Source of the DNA: Candidatus Iainarchaeum sp.
GTDB taxonomy: Archaea; B1Sed10-29; WALL01; JAGHAM01
Assembly (NCBI GenBank): GCA_021161465.1
Contig: JAGHAM010000004.1
Location: 3,035-67,034 of the forward strand
DNA: 64,000 nt
Reading direction: 5' to 3'
In this document: positions 38,767 through 48,775 of the stretch, one piece after another
How the letters are laid out: each line of letters starts with the position of its first letter
Position numbering within the stretch: the first letter of the stretch is position 1
The notes under the pieces: generated by a model
Databases searched by the model: none
The model's input: the letters and a program-made list of their open reading frames with translations, nothing else
Told to the model about the DNA's origin: nothing
Made by a program: the position numbers and the translations under genes

Positions 38767-38980
38767 TCAATATTATTGCATAGTTTGCCTATAAAAAGAT
38801 TATCTCCGTTGAGAGGAATCATCGAAGTAGGCTTATAAGGACCATGAGAAACTGCAACATTGACGGAAGATTTATATTGTTACATAAAATAGGACTTGAT
38901 CTAAGTTGAGGGCGTAGATCTTCACGTGCGTGAGTAGGTTCCTTCTCTATTAAATTCAACTTCGAATAAAATTAGGGTAT

Positions 38981-39607
38981 ATGTCTTCCAGTATCCGTTC
39001 TGAAAAACGAAGAAGATTTGAATTTGCCAGTTTCCTGTTCTTCTTTCTCTCTAGTGCTTTATTGGCGATGCCAGTATACCCTATATCCCACGAGCTCGGT
39101 CACTACATAATTGCTTGCTCGTTCGATTGTTCCAAGGTTGAAAAGTTGAACATACTTTTAACATGGAATTCGCTCTTTACACCAAGAGGCAATATGTATG
39201 TTAAATTCAGGGAGGATTATCCTTTTGGGTATCCCACATGGCAATCGATTTTAATAGCAATAGGGGGATTCTTAGCAGAAGCAACGGTGATACTCTTAGG
39301 TTCGCTTGCTTTTCTGCTCATTCGAAATTTCAGACTCCGTCAGTTTTTATTTGGCTTCATCTTCTGGGGAATGCTTGAGACCACCTTGGTTTCTCCTTTG
39401 ACACTCCCAAGTGCATTAGTGGATTTTGCTGTGGTGCTTAAGACAGATTTTGGTCTTAGTGGGATTACCCTCTCTGGAGCATTATTACTTATCTTCACGG
39501 CTATACTAGTTCTCTGGCTTATACTTGCAGTTAGGTTGATAGAGAAAACTAAGCTTGAGCCATTAGCGACTTTGCTGTCAAAAATAAAGAAGAAAGCACG
39601 TTGGTAG
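38981..39607 (+). CDS. membrane protein with HExxH motif (possible intramembrane metalloprotease)
   Basis: 'ISHELGHY' HExxH located next to a TM helix. About 5 TM segments. Confidence 0.4.
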   Translation: MSSSIRSEKRRRFEFASFLFFFLSSALLAMPVYPISHELGHYIIACSFDCSKVEKLNILLTWNSLFTPRGNMYVKFREDYPFGYPTWQSILIAIGGFLAEATVILLGSLAFLLIRNFRLRQFLFGFIFWGMLETTLVSPLTLPSALVDFAVVLKTDFGLSGITLSGALLLIFTAILVLWLILAVRLIEKTKLEPLATLLSKIKKKARW

Positions 39608-39647
39608 TACTGTGTCAAATCTATCCTGCAGTACCATTTGAGACTTT

Positions 39648-41138
39648 CTAGTTTCCTTTCATTTCCCACAGCTTCGTGCAGATGTCTTGAACCTTGACGC
39701 GCACTTGTTCAGTGGAGTCGCGCATGCGGATTGTTACCGTGTTATCCTTTAAAGTGTCAAAGTCGATGGTTATGCCAAATGGAACCCCTATCTCGTCAGC
39801 TCGCGCGTATCTCCTGCCAATGCTACCCGTGCCATCGTAAAACACTCTGAACCCAACACTACCGAGCATATTGTAAACTTCCCTGGCCTTTTCTGGCAAT
39901 CCGCCCTTATTGACTAGTGGATAGACGCTAACGTCATATGGCGCTACAACACTTGGTAGCTTAAGGTAATTATATTTGTGCTTCTCATCTGGCTCTGCGA
40001 GGGAGTTGTCTAAAATCAAGAAAACATTTCTGTCGACACCAAAAGAAAGTTCCAACACGTGTGGCAGGCACTTTTGGCCATCTCCATAACTAACTTCCAT
40101 AGTTTCGCCAGTGATCTCCTGATGGCCTTTTAAATCGTGGTCAGTCCTATAATGGAACCCAGCAACCTCAACCCACTTGTCTAGTGACGGCGAGTAGCAC
40201 TCAAGGTCGATGTGATACTTGTTGTAAAATGCTTTCTCTTTCTCACTGAGCTGGTGAAGTCTGAAGTTGTCCTTATTGAAACCCATGGACTCCATAAACT
40301 GGCACATTTTGGCTAGATGGAACACAAAGAAAGGTTCCATCCCAAGCTTCTTGGTAGCTTCCTTTCCAGTTATCATTATAGGATTCTTTGTCCCTTCCAG
40401 TAAGATGTTCATCTCCTGTTTCTCCACATGGTCAAAAGGAACTTCTGGTAACTTGTCAGGGTCGAAGAAGATTTGTAGTTCAGCCTGGGTGAATTCCCTG
40501 GCGCGCAACACCCCCTGCCTTGGACTTATCTCATTCCTGTAAGCCCTGCCAACCACGGCAAGGCCTAGGGGCAGCCTCTGGCGGTTCACCCTGAACTCGC
40601 GCTTGAATGCGGCATATGCTCCCTGGGCAGTTTCAGGTCTAAGATATGCAGTAACTATGTCATCTCCAGTTCCAACCTGAACTGGGAACATCAGCGTAAA
40701 AGTTTTTATCTCCTTGAACTCTCCCCCACATTTTGGGCAACGGATGTTGTGCTTTTTTATGAGCTTGCTAAGTTCTTCGGCAGTGACGCCTTCAAAGGTT
40801 TCGTGAAGCACATCCTCAACTATATGGTCGGCCCGCACGCGCTCACCGCATTTAGAACACTCAGCCACCGGGTCGAAGAAATGTTCTAAATGACCACTGC
40901 CCTTAAAAACCTTTTCAGGCATTATGGTGGTTGGTTCTATCTCATGGAAATTGTCGTTTAGAGCAAGGAAAAAAGTTCTCCAGTAGTTCTCCCATCTATG
41001 CTTTATCTCACTCCCAATACTGCCGTAATCATAAAATCCGGATATGTTGCCATGGAATTCACTATTTGGGTAAATTACTCCTCTTTGTAGCAGGATTTTG
41101 TTCAGAAGCTCAATGCGATTTATGTCCTTGTTGGGCAT
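39648..41138 (-). CDS. glyS: glycyl-tRNA synthetase (archaeal/eukaryal alpha2 type)
   Basis: 'FHGNISGFYDYGSIG' class II motif-1 region typical of GlyRS, plus a Zn-ribbon-like CxxC...CxxC insertion. Confidence 0.85.
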   Translation of the reverse strand: MPNKDINRIELLNKILLQRGVIYPNSEFHGNISGFYDYGSIGSEIKHRWENYWRTFFLALNDNFHEIEPTTIMPEKVFKGSGHLEHFFDPVAECSKCGERVRADHIVEDVLHETFEGVTAEELSKLIKKHNIRCPKCGGEFKEIKTFTLMFPVQVGTGDDIVTAYLRPETAQGAYAAFKREFRVNRQRLPLGLAVVGRAYRNEISPRQGVLRAREFTQAELQIFFDPDKLPEVPFDHVEKQEMNILLEGTKNPIMITGKEATKKLGMEPFFVFHLAKMCQFMESMGFNKDNFRLHQLSEKEKAFYNKYHIDLECYSPSLDKWVEVAGFHYRTDHDLKGHQEITGETMEVSYGDGQKCLPHVLELSFGVDRNVFLILDNSLAEPDEKHKYNYLKLPSVVAPYDVSVYPLVNKGGLPEKAREVYNMLGSVGFRVFYDGTGSIGRRYARADEIGVPFGITIDFDTLKDNTVTIRMRDSTEQVRVKVQDICTKLWEMKGN

Positions 41139-41287
41139 GAAAACCCCCTGCTTAGAATAAGGAAGGAGAATTATTTAAGGATGGTGGTGGAGTTAGAAGT
41201 GTTGGATAATCATTTTATCAATACTATACTTAGATGGGATATCCTAATTCATATAGAAGTCGCGAATATAGATGAGCACATCTAATC

Positions 41288-42187
41288 CTATTTAATTCGT
41301 CGTTCAGATTTGGTGCTCCTATTCTTCAGGATAATAATAATTATTACTATAATCAATACTAGGAATGCAAGTGAGAACAAGATACCAATCACTAGGACAT
41401 ATACCCAAATACCCGAGAGCCAGTCGTTGTTGGTTGTTACATCATTTGGCATTGGTTTTTCAGGATACCAGCCACTGTTTGAGTAATCCTCCTCAGACCA
41501 ACTACTGCTGGAATATGTGTCATACGAATCATTAACAATACTGTACTCAACTCTATCTATGTACAAGGGTTTTCCCATAGAATGTATTCCCTTGCAAGAT
41601 CCTTGTGCGTTTGAGAAGGTATCCCAATGGTCTGTCCCACCTCCAAGCCAAAATCGAAATCCACCATAGTAATCAGTAAAATCAGATTCTAAACTTACAT
41701 TTTCTACTTCTCCATCAATACTTATACATCCCACACCCTTACTAATCCATACCCTAATATCATAAGTTCTCCCTGTTTCAATCTCTTCATAAGCGGTATA
41801 CCTTGTCTTATATCGATTTCCAGCTCCATCATAGAAACCAGCCCTGATGCCATTTTCACTTACGCTGTCTGTGTCCCAGCTATATTGCATGAACACTTCT
41901 TTTCCATTTCTTCCTAGCAAACCAAATTTGGCTGATGTAGCATATACTTCTGGGGTAGAGTTATCCACTTTGAAGGAGAAAGAAAATGAGGGTTCGTTTG
42001 TTTGAATCATATTTACTGGTGGCACATATGCTTGAATGTTATATGGGGCCCTTGTACACTTCCAGTTCCAGTTATACTGTTTATATCCTACCTTAACCCA
42101 ATTATATTCGGATGTATTGCCTTTTAGGACTGCAGCATAGCTAGTTGCTACCAGAAATATTGCAAGGAGAAAGGCAAGCTTTTTCAC
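41288..42187 (-). CDS. secreted protein with C-terminal TM anchor (lectin/LamG-like beta domain?)
   Basis: N-terminal signal 'LAIFLVATSYA'. C-terminal 'ILFSLAFLVLIIVIIIIILKNRSTK' anchor with a basic tail. Confidence 0.5.
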   Translation of the reverse strand: MKKLAFLLAIFLVATSYAAVLKGNTSEYNWVKVGYKQYNWNWKCTRAPYNIQAYVPPVNMIQTNEPSFSFSFKVDNSTPEVYATSAKFGLLGRNGKEVFMQYSWDTDSVSENGIRAGFYDGAGNRYKTRYTAYEEIETGRTYDIRVWISKGVGCISIDGEVENVSLESDFTDYYGGFRFWLGGGTDHWDTFSNAQGSCKGIHSMGKPLYIDRVEYSIVNDSYDTYSSSSWSEEDYSNSGWYPEKPMPNDVTTNNDWLSGIWVYVLVIGILFSLAFLVLIIVIIIIILKNRSTKSERRIK

Positions 42188-42264
42188 CAGTTAAAAAATA
42201 ACAATACAATATTTAAACTTTCCCCTTTTATCCTTTGATGGATGATAGTTCTAACTACAAATAA

Positions 42265-44208
42265 GTGGAAACAGTTAAAAAGCTTGCTCTACATAACCCC
42301 TGCACTATAAAGGGGATAAAAATGCGAGTTAGTGTTGTTGCTATTCTTATGATTTTTTTTGCTGTCATTATGGCAGGTTGTGTTAACGACAATGGAGGAA
42401 GTACTGTAGGAAATAATGTTTCATGCGACCCTCCATTGAGAGTAATTGGCGGCCATTGCTGCCTTGACCAGGATAACGATGGTGTGTGTGATACCAATAT
42501 TTCCAATCCTGTAAGCACACCTGTTGCCAATGAGAGTCCTATCAGCAATGGAAGCGCCCCTAATGTAACCCAACCAGTTGAAAACCATACAGGAAACCAG
42601 ACAATTAATGGAACAGGCCCTGGGAACAATACACACCAGCCAAATGGGACAGTTCCATCTGTTGCAAATAACACTGGGAATGAATCGAATGCGAGTATCA
42701 ATGGAACTATAGGGAATACAACAAATGGAACGAGTGCACAAGAAACGCCAGCATTCAGCGTTCGATGCCATCTACCTTATATAACTGATAATGATGGCTG
42801 CTGCCTGGATGCAAATGAGGATGGAGCCTGTGACGAGATAGAAGATGCTGCACCATGTGGAGATGGTGTCTGCACTGAAGATGAGATGGATAGTTGCTGT
42901 ACTGATTGTGGTTGCCCTGAAAACCAAACATGTATAGATGATGAGTGCATATCCACCATTAATATATCAGTAACTGCCATCAATCTCTTCAAGACTCCAA
43001 AAATACCACCTAGTTTTTGTGGAGATGGCATCTGTGGCAGTGGGGAGACGACAGATAATTGCTGCACTGACTGTGGGTGCCCAACAGGTATGTTCTGCAG
43101 CAGTGATGGTTGTAAAGTTTTCACCATCCCCAACCAAATACACGGATTCATCCCCTTAGGCCCGACAAACACGACAAACGACACGGGAACTCCATGGATT
43201 GTTGTTACGATTGATGAAATACAGATGCACACATCTGGTGATGGCAGTGGTCCAGGGGAGTTGATGTTCTACAGCCAGACGAAGAGTGGTAATGTTACCC
43301 AACTAGTGAAATGGCCAGTTGGTGGTTATAAAGCCATCTGGAAGGACAGTGTTCTCCTTGCCGGGAAGAGAGAAGCAGTTCCTCTTTTTGCACTTCCGGA
43401 GGCAAGCATGGGTGATTCACTTGATATACACATGTTGTTTGGAGAATCAGATTTGCCTAGCGTTTTGCCATTTATTGGCTGCGACCTTACTATCCCTCAG
43501 GTAAAATCTTTGTTCCATCTAAGTGATTGCAATAAGGATTCTGATGACCCCATATGGGTCGTGCTGCTTTCCAACACAATATTCAAGCCATTCCTTGCCT
43601 TGGTGGATGCGATAGGTGGTAACCACTGCCACACAAATGATTTCCTTGGTGAGTTGCACACTACAGTTACTAGCCCAAGTTGGAGCATTGGTCAGCAACA
43701 TGTTGATATGAATGATCTTTCAGTCAATTATACCATCAGGCGGGTGTATGTGCACCCAGATGATAAATTGACACTTAAACTTAAAGGTGTGAAGATAATT
43801 GATGATGCTGATAGTGGCAATAATCCCGGCGAAATCTTAGGATGGGGCCGTTTCGCTTCTGCCCTCACTGCAAGCTCCTTTGGAACAGGCATGTACGAAG
43901 ACTATCAGAAAATCTTCGACTTGGGGCAACGTCAGGTGGAAGGTCCGGCTAATCTGAATGTGGACTTATCTGGGGATAGCTATACAGCTGTGGGCAAACC
44001 ATTCCTGTATGCAGAACTAGACCTGTTTGACAGAGATTCTAGATGTTCCCAACCAAATGGCATGAAGTACACTTGCTATTACTCACCGAAGGTGGAGGAA
44101 GTTGGTATAACAAGCTTGTTGCTATTCCAGAATGATAGTTCAGGTGAATTCACCATTGATAGTGGTGGGGTTGGAAGCGCTGAGACGACTTGGGAACTGA
44201 GCAAATAA
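42265..44208 (+). CDS. secreted Cys-rich protein with very sequon-dense linker and repeated 'CCTDCGCP' modules
   Basis: Signal/lipobox 'MAGC'. About 25 NxT/S sequons within about 100 aa. 'SCCTDCGCPENQTCIDDEC' and 'NCCTDCGCPTGMFCSSDGC' repeats. Confidence 0.6.
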   Translation: METVKKLALHNPCTIKGIKMRVSVVAILMIFFAVIMAGCVNDNGGSTVGNNVSCDPPLRVIGGHCCLDQDNDGVCDTNISNPVSTPVANESPISNGSAPNVTQPVENHTGNQTINGTGPGNNTHQPNGTVPSVANNTGNESNASINGTIGNTTNGTSAQETPAFSVRCHLPYITDNDGCCLDANEDGACDEIEDAAPCGDGVCTEDEMDSCCTDCGCPENQTCIDDECISTINISVTAINLFKTPKIPPSFCGDGICGSGETTDNCCTDCGCPTGMFCSSDGCKVFTIPNQIHGFIPLGPTNTTNDTGTPWIVVTIDEIQMHTSGDGSGPGELMFYSQTKSGNVTQLVKWPVGGYKAIWKDSVLLAGKREAVPLFALPEASMGDSLDIHMLFGESDLPSVLPFIGCDLTIPQVKSLFHLSDCNKDSDDPIWVVLLSNTIFKPFLALVDAIGGNHCHTNDFLGELHTTVTSPSWSIGQQHVDMNDLSVNYTIRRVYVHPDDKLTLKLKGVKIIDDADSGNNPGEILGWGRFASALTASSFGTGMYEDYQKIFDLGQRQVEGPANLNVDLSGDSYTAVGKPFLYAELDLFDRDSRCSQPNGMKYTCYYSPKVEEVGITSLLLFQNDSSGEFTIDSGGVGSAETTWELSK

Positions 44209-44250
44209 AACCAATGTGGAGGATGGGGGGCAAACGTAGTGTTTTGGGAA

Positions 44251-45363
44251 CTACCTTCCCCTCCCTTTATTTTTAATCAAGGCGCGGTAAACCTGACTTA
44301 GCTTCAAGGGCCTTCCAGCTATTGGATTCTCCCTATGAACCTTATACTTTTTCGATAGCCTCTCAAGCTCTGGGATTTCAAAACCTTGCGCGGTTGTACC
44401 CTCAAGTATTAATTTTCCAGTGTTTACGTTTATTTTTCCAAGAAGCCATCCATCGATATGTATTTCGGCCTCAATACTGTCTGCTAGGTCTTTGTAATCT
44501 TTAATATTCCTGATGCTGTCTTCAGTCCCGGCACTGAAGAGCTCCACTTTCCCATACCTCTCTAACGCTGGCTTTATATCATCAAAGAATATTTTGGATA
44601 CTCCTCTTGCATGCTTTTTAAGCTCTTTCATTGTTTCGTTATGGCTTTTCTTGGCTTCCTCAACGTCTGGAAGGTTAAATAGTTCAATCCCTCTTACCTC
44701 AGTTGGGTACTCCTCAATTCTCTTTACCCTGCCCCTTTTGGTTGATATGGCTGTTTTCCTCATAGTTATAGATGAATCTTCTCCGATGGGCCAGAAGTCC
44801 GGTACCCCTTCAAGCTCGCGCATTCTTCTCTGCAGTTTTGTAAGTGCTTTCTCAAGTTTTTTGCTTCCCTTATACTTCTTGAACAAAGGGTAGTTGTGTT
44901 TTGTAACCGCTGCAAGATAAGCTATTGGCCTTAACTCTTTTTTTATCTCTTTTATCTCGTTTATGAGACTCTTCTCTAGTTCTTTGTCTCTTGGTTTTGG
45001 TAGGAAACTACCTTCGGTGTAGAGCCAGAGGCGAGGGTTAGTTGGCGAGAATGAGAAGACTTTCCTAACTTTTGATTCCCAGCTGCGTTTCTTTTTATTT
45101 ATGTATTCCAAGCTGAAAAGAGATAAATCCAAGTCATGGTGCTCTATTGGCTCTTTCAGCGTTTCAATGGTTACCATCCTGTGCGTGGCTTTCTTTGCTT
45201 CTTTCAGTACATCTGGAGAGAGCTCTTTCTTGTTCTCTTCAATTGCCTTCTTAATTATCCCAACCCTATAATGGCTAATAGTGTACCTATTCTTGTCCCA
45301 AAGATGCTCTAAAGACTTCTCATGGGTCTTTAGCTTCTTATGGACTTCACGCCTGTAAGCCAT
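44251..45363 (-). CDS. hypothetical protein (370 aa)
   Basis: ORF only. Charged, helical. Confidence 0.4.
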   Translation of the reverse strand: MAYRREVHKKLKTHEKSLEHLWDKNRYTISHYRVGIIKKAIEENKKELSPDVLKEAKKATHRMVTIETLKEPIEHHDLDLSLFSLEYINKKKRSWESKVRKVFSFSPTNPRLWLYTEGSFLPKPRDKELEKSLINEIKEIKKELRPIAYLAAVTKHNYPLFKKYKGSKKLEKALTKLQRRMRELEGVPDFWPIGEDSSITMRKTAISTKRGRVKRIEEYPTEVRGIELFNLPDVEEAKKSHNETMKELKKHARGVSKIFFDDIKPALERYGKVELFSAGTEDSIRNIKDYKDLADSIEAEIHIDGWLLGKINVNTGKLILEGTTAQGFEIPELERLSKKYKVHRENPIAGRPLKLSQVYRALIKNKGRGR

Positions 45364-45444
45364 GTATATATTTTTGCATACTTCTTTTAAACTACTTTCT
45401 CCGCTGCAAGTTTATGGGCCACATAAAAATTTAAATACGCCTTT

Positions 45445-46575
45445 ATGCATAAGTGGAATTCCATGTTCTCGGGGGGTTTAAAGAAAGCAGTTAAGGTATT
45501 TGTTTTTCTTGCTGCAATCTACACCTTCCTTTTAAGTATCCATCTGTTGTCATCTGGGCTTAAGAGGCTCGGCAGTGGCTTCGTTAAGTCACTTATAAGC
45601 TCAACTTCCGACCCATTGACCGGGCTTTTTGTTGGTATCCTAGCGACGAGTGTCATCCAATCTTCTTCAGCTACAACTTCCATGGTGGTTTCTCTAGTTG
45701 CGGCAAATCCTGCGTTCCTACCAAACGCTGTCCCTATAGTTATGGGTGCGAATATTGGCACGACTGTGACGAATATCCTGGTTTCCTTTGGCCATATGAC
45801 CAGGAGAAAAGAATTCAAGAAAGCTCTTGCAGGAGCAACCGTTCATGATTTCTTCAATCTAATAGCGGTGACTATTTTGTTCCCAATTGAATTGTTATTT
45901 CATCCTTTGAGAACTATGGCAATTTTCCTTGGCAATGAATTTGCTGGGCTCGGTGGGTTGACTATGGTTTCTCCATTGAAGCTTGTGCTTTCCCCTGCTT
46001 CTGATTTTATAGTTTCGTTTTTGTCCCAGCTTCAACCGCTGTGGTTTGCTAATGCAGCGGTAATAGCTGCCGCAATAGGTTTGTTGATATTCTCGCTGAA
46101 TACTATTGTCCAGTTAACGCGTCGCTTTGCTGAGGCAATCCAGGAGAACATATTCGATAAATACCTCTTTAAAGCAGCGCTCCTTTCGTTCCTTATAGGC
46201 TTGCTTCTAACTGCCATAGTGCAGTCTAGTTCTGTCACTACGTCCATGTCTGTTCCACTGGTTGGTTCTGGTTTGATAACTGTAGAGCAGGTGTTCCCTT
46301 ATGTGCTTGGGGCAAATGTGGGTACAACTGTGACCGCTCTCCTCGCTGCACTTGGAACTGCTTCAAAAGAGGCTGTGCAAATAGCTCTTGTACATTTACT
46401 TTTTAATGTGGTTGCTATTTGTTTAATTTACCCGTTCAGGTTTGTTCCTATCTCACTTGCGAAACGGCTTGGAGAGCTAGCATCCGAGAAGAGGAAGTAT
46501 GCAATAGCTTACGTGGTGACTGCTTTTTATATAATTCCAATCATTTACATAATACTAACAAATTGGGGTGGTTAA
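45445..46575 (+). CDS. Na+/phosphate symporter (NptA/PNaS family)
   Basis: Two 'GANIGTTVT'/'GANVGTTVT' repeats characteristic of Na/Pi cotransporter II-related proteins. Confidence 0.75.
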   Translation: MHKWNSMFSGGLKKAVKVFVFLAAIYTFLLSIHLLSSGLKRLGSGFVKSLISSTSDPLTGLFVGILATSVIQSSSATTSMVVSLVAANPAFLPNAVPIVMGANIGTTVTNILVSFGHMTRRKEFKKALAGATVHDFFNLIAVTILFPIELLFHPLRTMAIFLGNEFAGLGGLTMVSPLKLVLSPASDFIVSFLSQLQPLWFANAAVIAAAIGLLIFSLNTIVQLTRRFAEAIQENIFDKYLFKAALLSFLIGLLLTAIVQSSSVTTSMSVPLVGSGLITVEQVFPYVLGANVGTTVTALLAALGTASKEAVQIALVHLLFNVVAICLIYPFRFVPISLAKRLGELASEKRKYAIAYVVTAFYIIPIIYIILTNWGG

Positions 46576-47241
46576 GTGGTTTTCAAGGATATTGTCGATG
46601 CTTTTACCAAGAGCAATATGGTGAAACAGACCTATGAGGAGGTTGGTGAGATGCACCATGAACTTGAAAGGATGTTTAAGGAGGCAAGGAACTGTCTGGT
46701 TGGTGGTGGCACTATCAATAAGGTTGTAGAGGAGGATGTCTTGGTGAACAAAAAACAAATTCATATTAGAAAACAGATTATAAACTACTTAGCGATGAAT
46801 TCTGCCCCAGATGTAACTGCAGCATTAGAGTTAGTTGAAATAGCTAGTGAATATGAGCGCATTGGGGACTACTGTAAAAATCTATCTCAGCTTGAAACCA
46901 TATATGGTATAAATTTGTCCAATGATAGTCCAAGCAAGAAAATTATCGAGATGACAGATTTGATAGAGGAGGAATTCCATTTAGTCCACGATGCTGTGAA
47001 ATATGAGGATGAAAAACTGGCTAAAAAGTGTGAGAAGCGCCACAAGGAGATGAAAGTCCTTCATCAGGAACTTATAGAGTGCATAAAAAAACATCCTGAG
47101 ATGAAGGCTGTCAAAGCCGCAGTGTATTCGTCAGCTGGGACCTACTGCAGGCGAATAAGCGCGCACCTTAAGAATGTATCCACAGCTGTGACGAACCCAT
47201 TCCCAGAGATGGGTTTCAGGCTTGGCAAATATACCGACTAA
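46576..47241 (+). CDS. PhoU-like phosphate-uptake regulator domain protein
   Basis: Start abuts the stop of the transporter. Helical PhoU-like repeats with 'E.ERIGDY' motif ('EYERIGDYCKN'). Confidence 0.55.
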   Translation: MVFKDIVDAFTKSNMVKQTYEEVGEMHHELERMFKEARNCLVGGGTINKVVEEDVLVNKKQIHIRKQIINYLAMNSAPDVTAALELVEIASEYERIGDYCKNLSQLETIYGINLSNDSPSKKIIEMTDLIEEEFHLVHDAVKYEDEKLAKKCEKRHKEMKVLHQELIECIKKHPEMKAVKAAVYSSAGTYCRRISAHLKNVSTAVTNPFPEMGFRLGKYTD

Positions 47242-47265
47242 CTTGCAAAACACATAAGCCTTTTT

Positions 47266-48126
47266 ATGTTAACAGTGAAAAATATAATGTTGGTATTCAT
47301 GGACTTTAAAAAACTCAGAGAGAAGGCATTTAAGGAAACTATTAATGAAGTTCGCAAGGAGAAGAAAGAAACTGATAACCTTGTTGTCCAGGCTGTTGAG
47401 GCGATAGATGAGCTTGATGATATCACGAATATCATAGTTGAGAGAGTGAAGAACTGGTATGCCTTCCACTACCCAGAGCTTGAAAAGCTCGTGAAGGATC
47501 CTATGCTATACCTGCTTATAATAAAGGAGATTAAATCGAGAGACCAAATGCTCGCTGAAAAACTCGAGAGGTTTGTCGGGCCAGAACGGGCAAAAGCTAT
47601 TGCAGAGAAAGCTGTTGGGTCTATGGGGGCCGAGATTGTAGATAAAGACCTGCAAAGGCTTGTACATCTGGCAGAGCTTGGGATTCATGCAAGACAAGAA
47701 AGGGATGAGTTGGCCGATTACATAGAAGAGAGGACAAAAGAAATCACACCAAACCTTCATGCTATGCTTGGTGGTATGCTTGCTGCAAGGCTTATAGCGA
47801 GAGCAGGTTCACTTGAGCGGCTAGCTAAAATGCCTGCCAGCACCGTGCAGGTACTGGGCGCGGAGAAGGCATTGTTTGCACATCTGCGTAGGGGTGTTCC
47901 TTCTCCAAAGCATGGTTTGATATTCCAGTTCCCACAGATAATCCAGTCCCCAAAGAAGCAGCGTGGGAAGATATCCAGGGCGCTGGCTGGGAAGGTTTCC
48001 ATAGCAGCCAAGGAGGATTTCTTTGGAAATAAGGATATAAGCAAAGAACTAATTCAAAGCTTTGAAAAGCGGGTTGAGGCTATAAAGGAGGGAGCATCAA
48101 AGAAGAAGGGTGGCAAGCATGAATGA
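47266..48126 (+). CDS. Nop5/Nop56-family C/D box snoRNP protein (short archaeal form)
   Basis: Nop domain 'MLGGMLAARLIARAGSLERLAKMPASTVQVLGAEKALF...HGLIFQ'. True start probably the Met at about 47299. Confidence 0.8.
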   Translation: MLTVKNIMLVFMDFKKLREKAFKETINEVRKEKKETDNLVVQAVEAIDELDDITNIIVERVKNWYAFHYPELEKLVKDPMLYLLIIKEIKSRDQMLAEKLERFVGPERAKAIAEKAVGSMGAEIVDKDLQRLVHLAELGIHARQERDELADYIEERTKEITPNLHAMLGGMLAARLIARAGSLERLAKMPASTVQVLGAEKALFAHLRRGVPSPKHGLIFQFPQIIQSPKKQRGKISRALAGKVSIAAKEDFFGNKDISKELIQSFEKRVEAIKEGASKKKGGKHE

Positions 48127-48775
48127 AATCTTTCATAATGTTTTCCGTGAAGGCAACAAACTTTACACAAAGAACTTAGTTCCTGGGCAACGGGTTTACG
48201 GAGAAAAACTTTTGGAAACTGGCCGGGGAGAGCTGAGGGAATGGAACCCAAACAGGTCCAAGCTGGCTGCGGTGATACTAAAGGGCTTGAAAACGTTTCC
48301 ACTCAAGCAAGATTCAAAGGTGCTCTATCTCGGTGCTGCCCAGGGAACCACTGCATCACACGTTAGCGATGTAGTGGACAAAGGTTATGTTATCTGTGTT
48401 GATGTATCCTCTAAGGCTATGGAGGAGCTGATACCTCTGTGCGAATCCCGCCAGAATATGCTTCCGGTTCTTGGAGATGCTAACAGGCCTGGAGAGTATG
48501 CTAAGTATACTCTTGGAATTAATATGATTTATCAGGATGTTGCCCAACCAAACCAAGCTAAAATACTGCTAAAGAACGCTTCACTGCTTGATCCAGGGGA
48601 GTACGCTATCTTATGTATTAAAAGTAGGTCAATAGATGTTGCAGAAGACCCAAAGAAAATCATCAAAAAAGAGTTGGAATCCGTTTCTGATGGTTTTTTT
48701 GTGAGAGAGGTGATTGACCTCGAGCCATACCACATGGACCATGCACTAGCTGTGTGTGAGAAAAAACTTAGTTAG
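48110..48775 (+). CDS. flpA: fibrillarin-like rRNA/tRNA 2'-O-methyltransferase
   Basis: 'VLYLGAAQGTTASHVSDVV' SAM-binding motif of fibrillarin. Start overlaps the Nop5 stop. Confidence 0.85.
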   Translation: MASMNEIFHNVFREGNKLYTKNLVPGQRVYGEKLLETGRGELREWNPNRSKLAAVILKGLKTFPLKQDSKVLYLGAAQGTTASHVSDVVDKGYVICVDVSSKAMEELIPLCESRQNMLPVLGDANRPGEYAKYTLGINMIYQDVAQPNQAKILLKNASLLDPGEYAILCIKSRSIDVAEDPKKIIKKELESVSDGFFVREVIDLEPYHMDHALAVCEKKLS

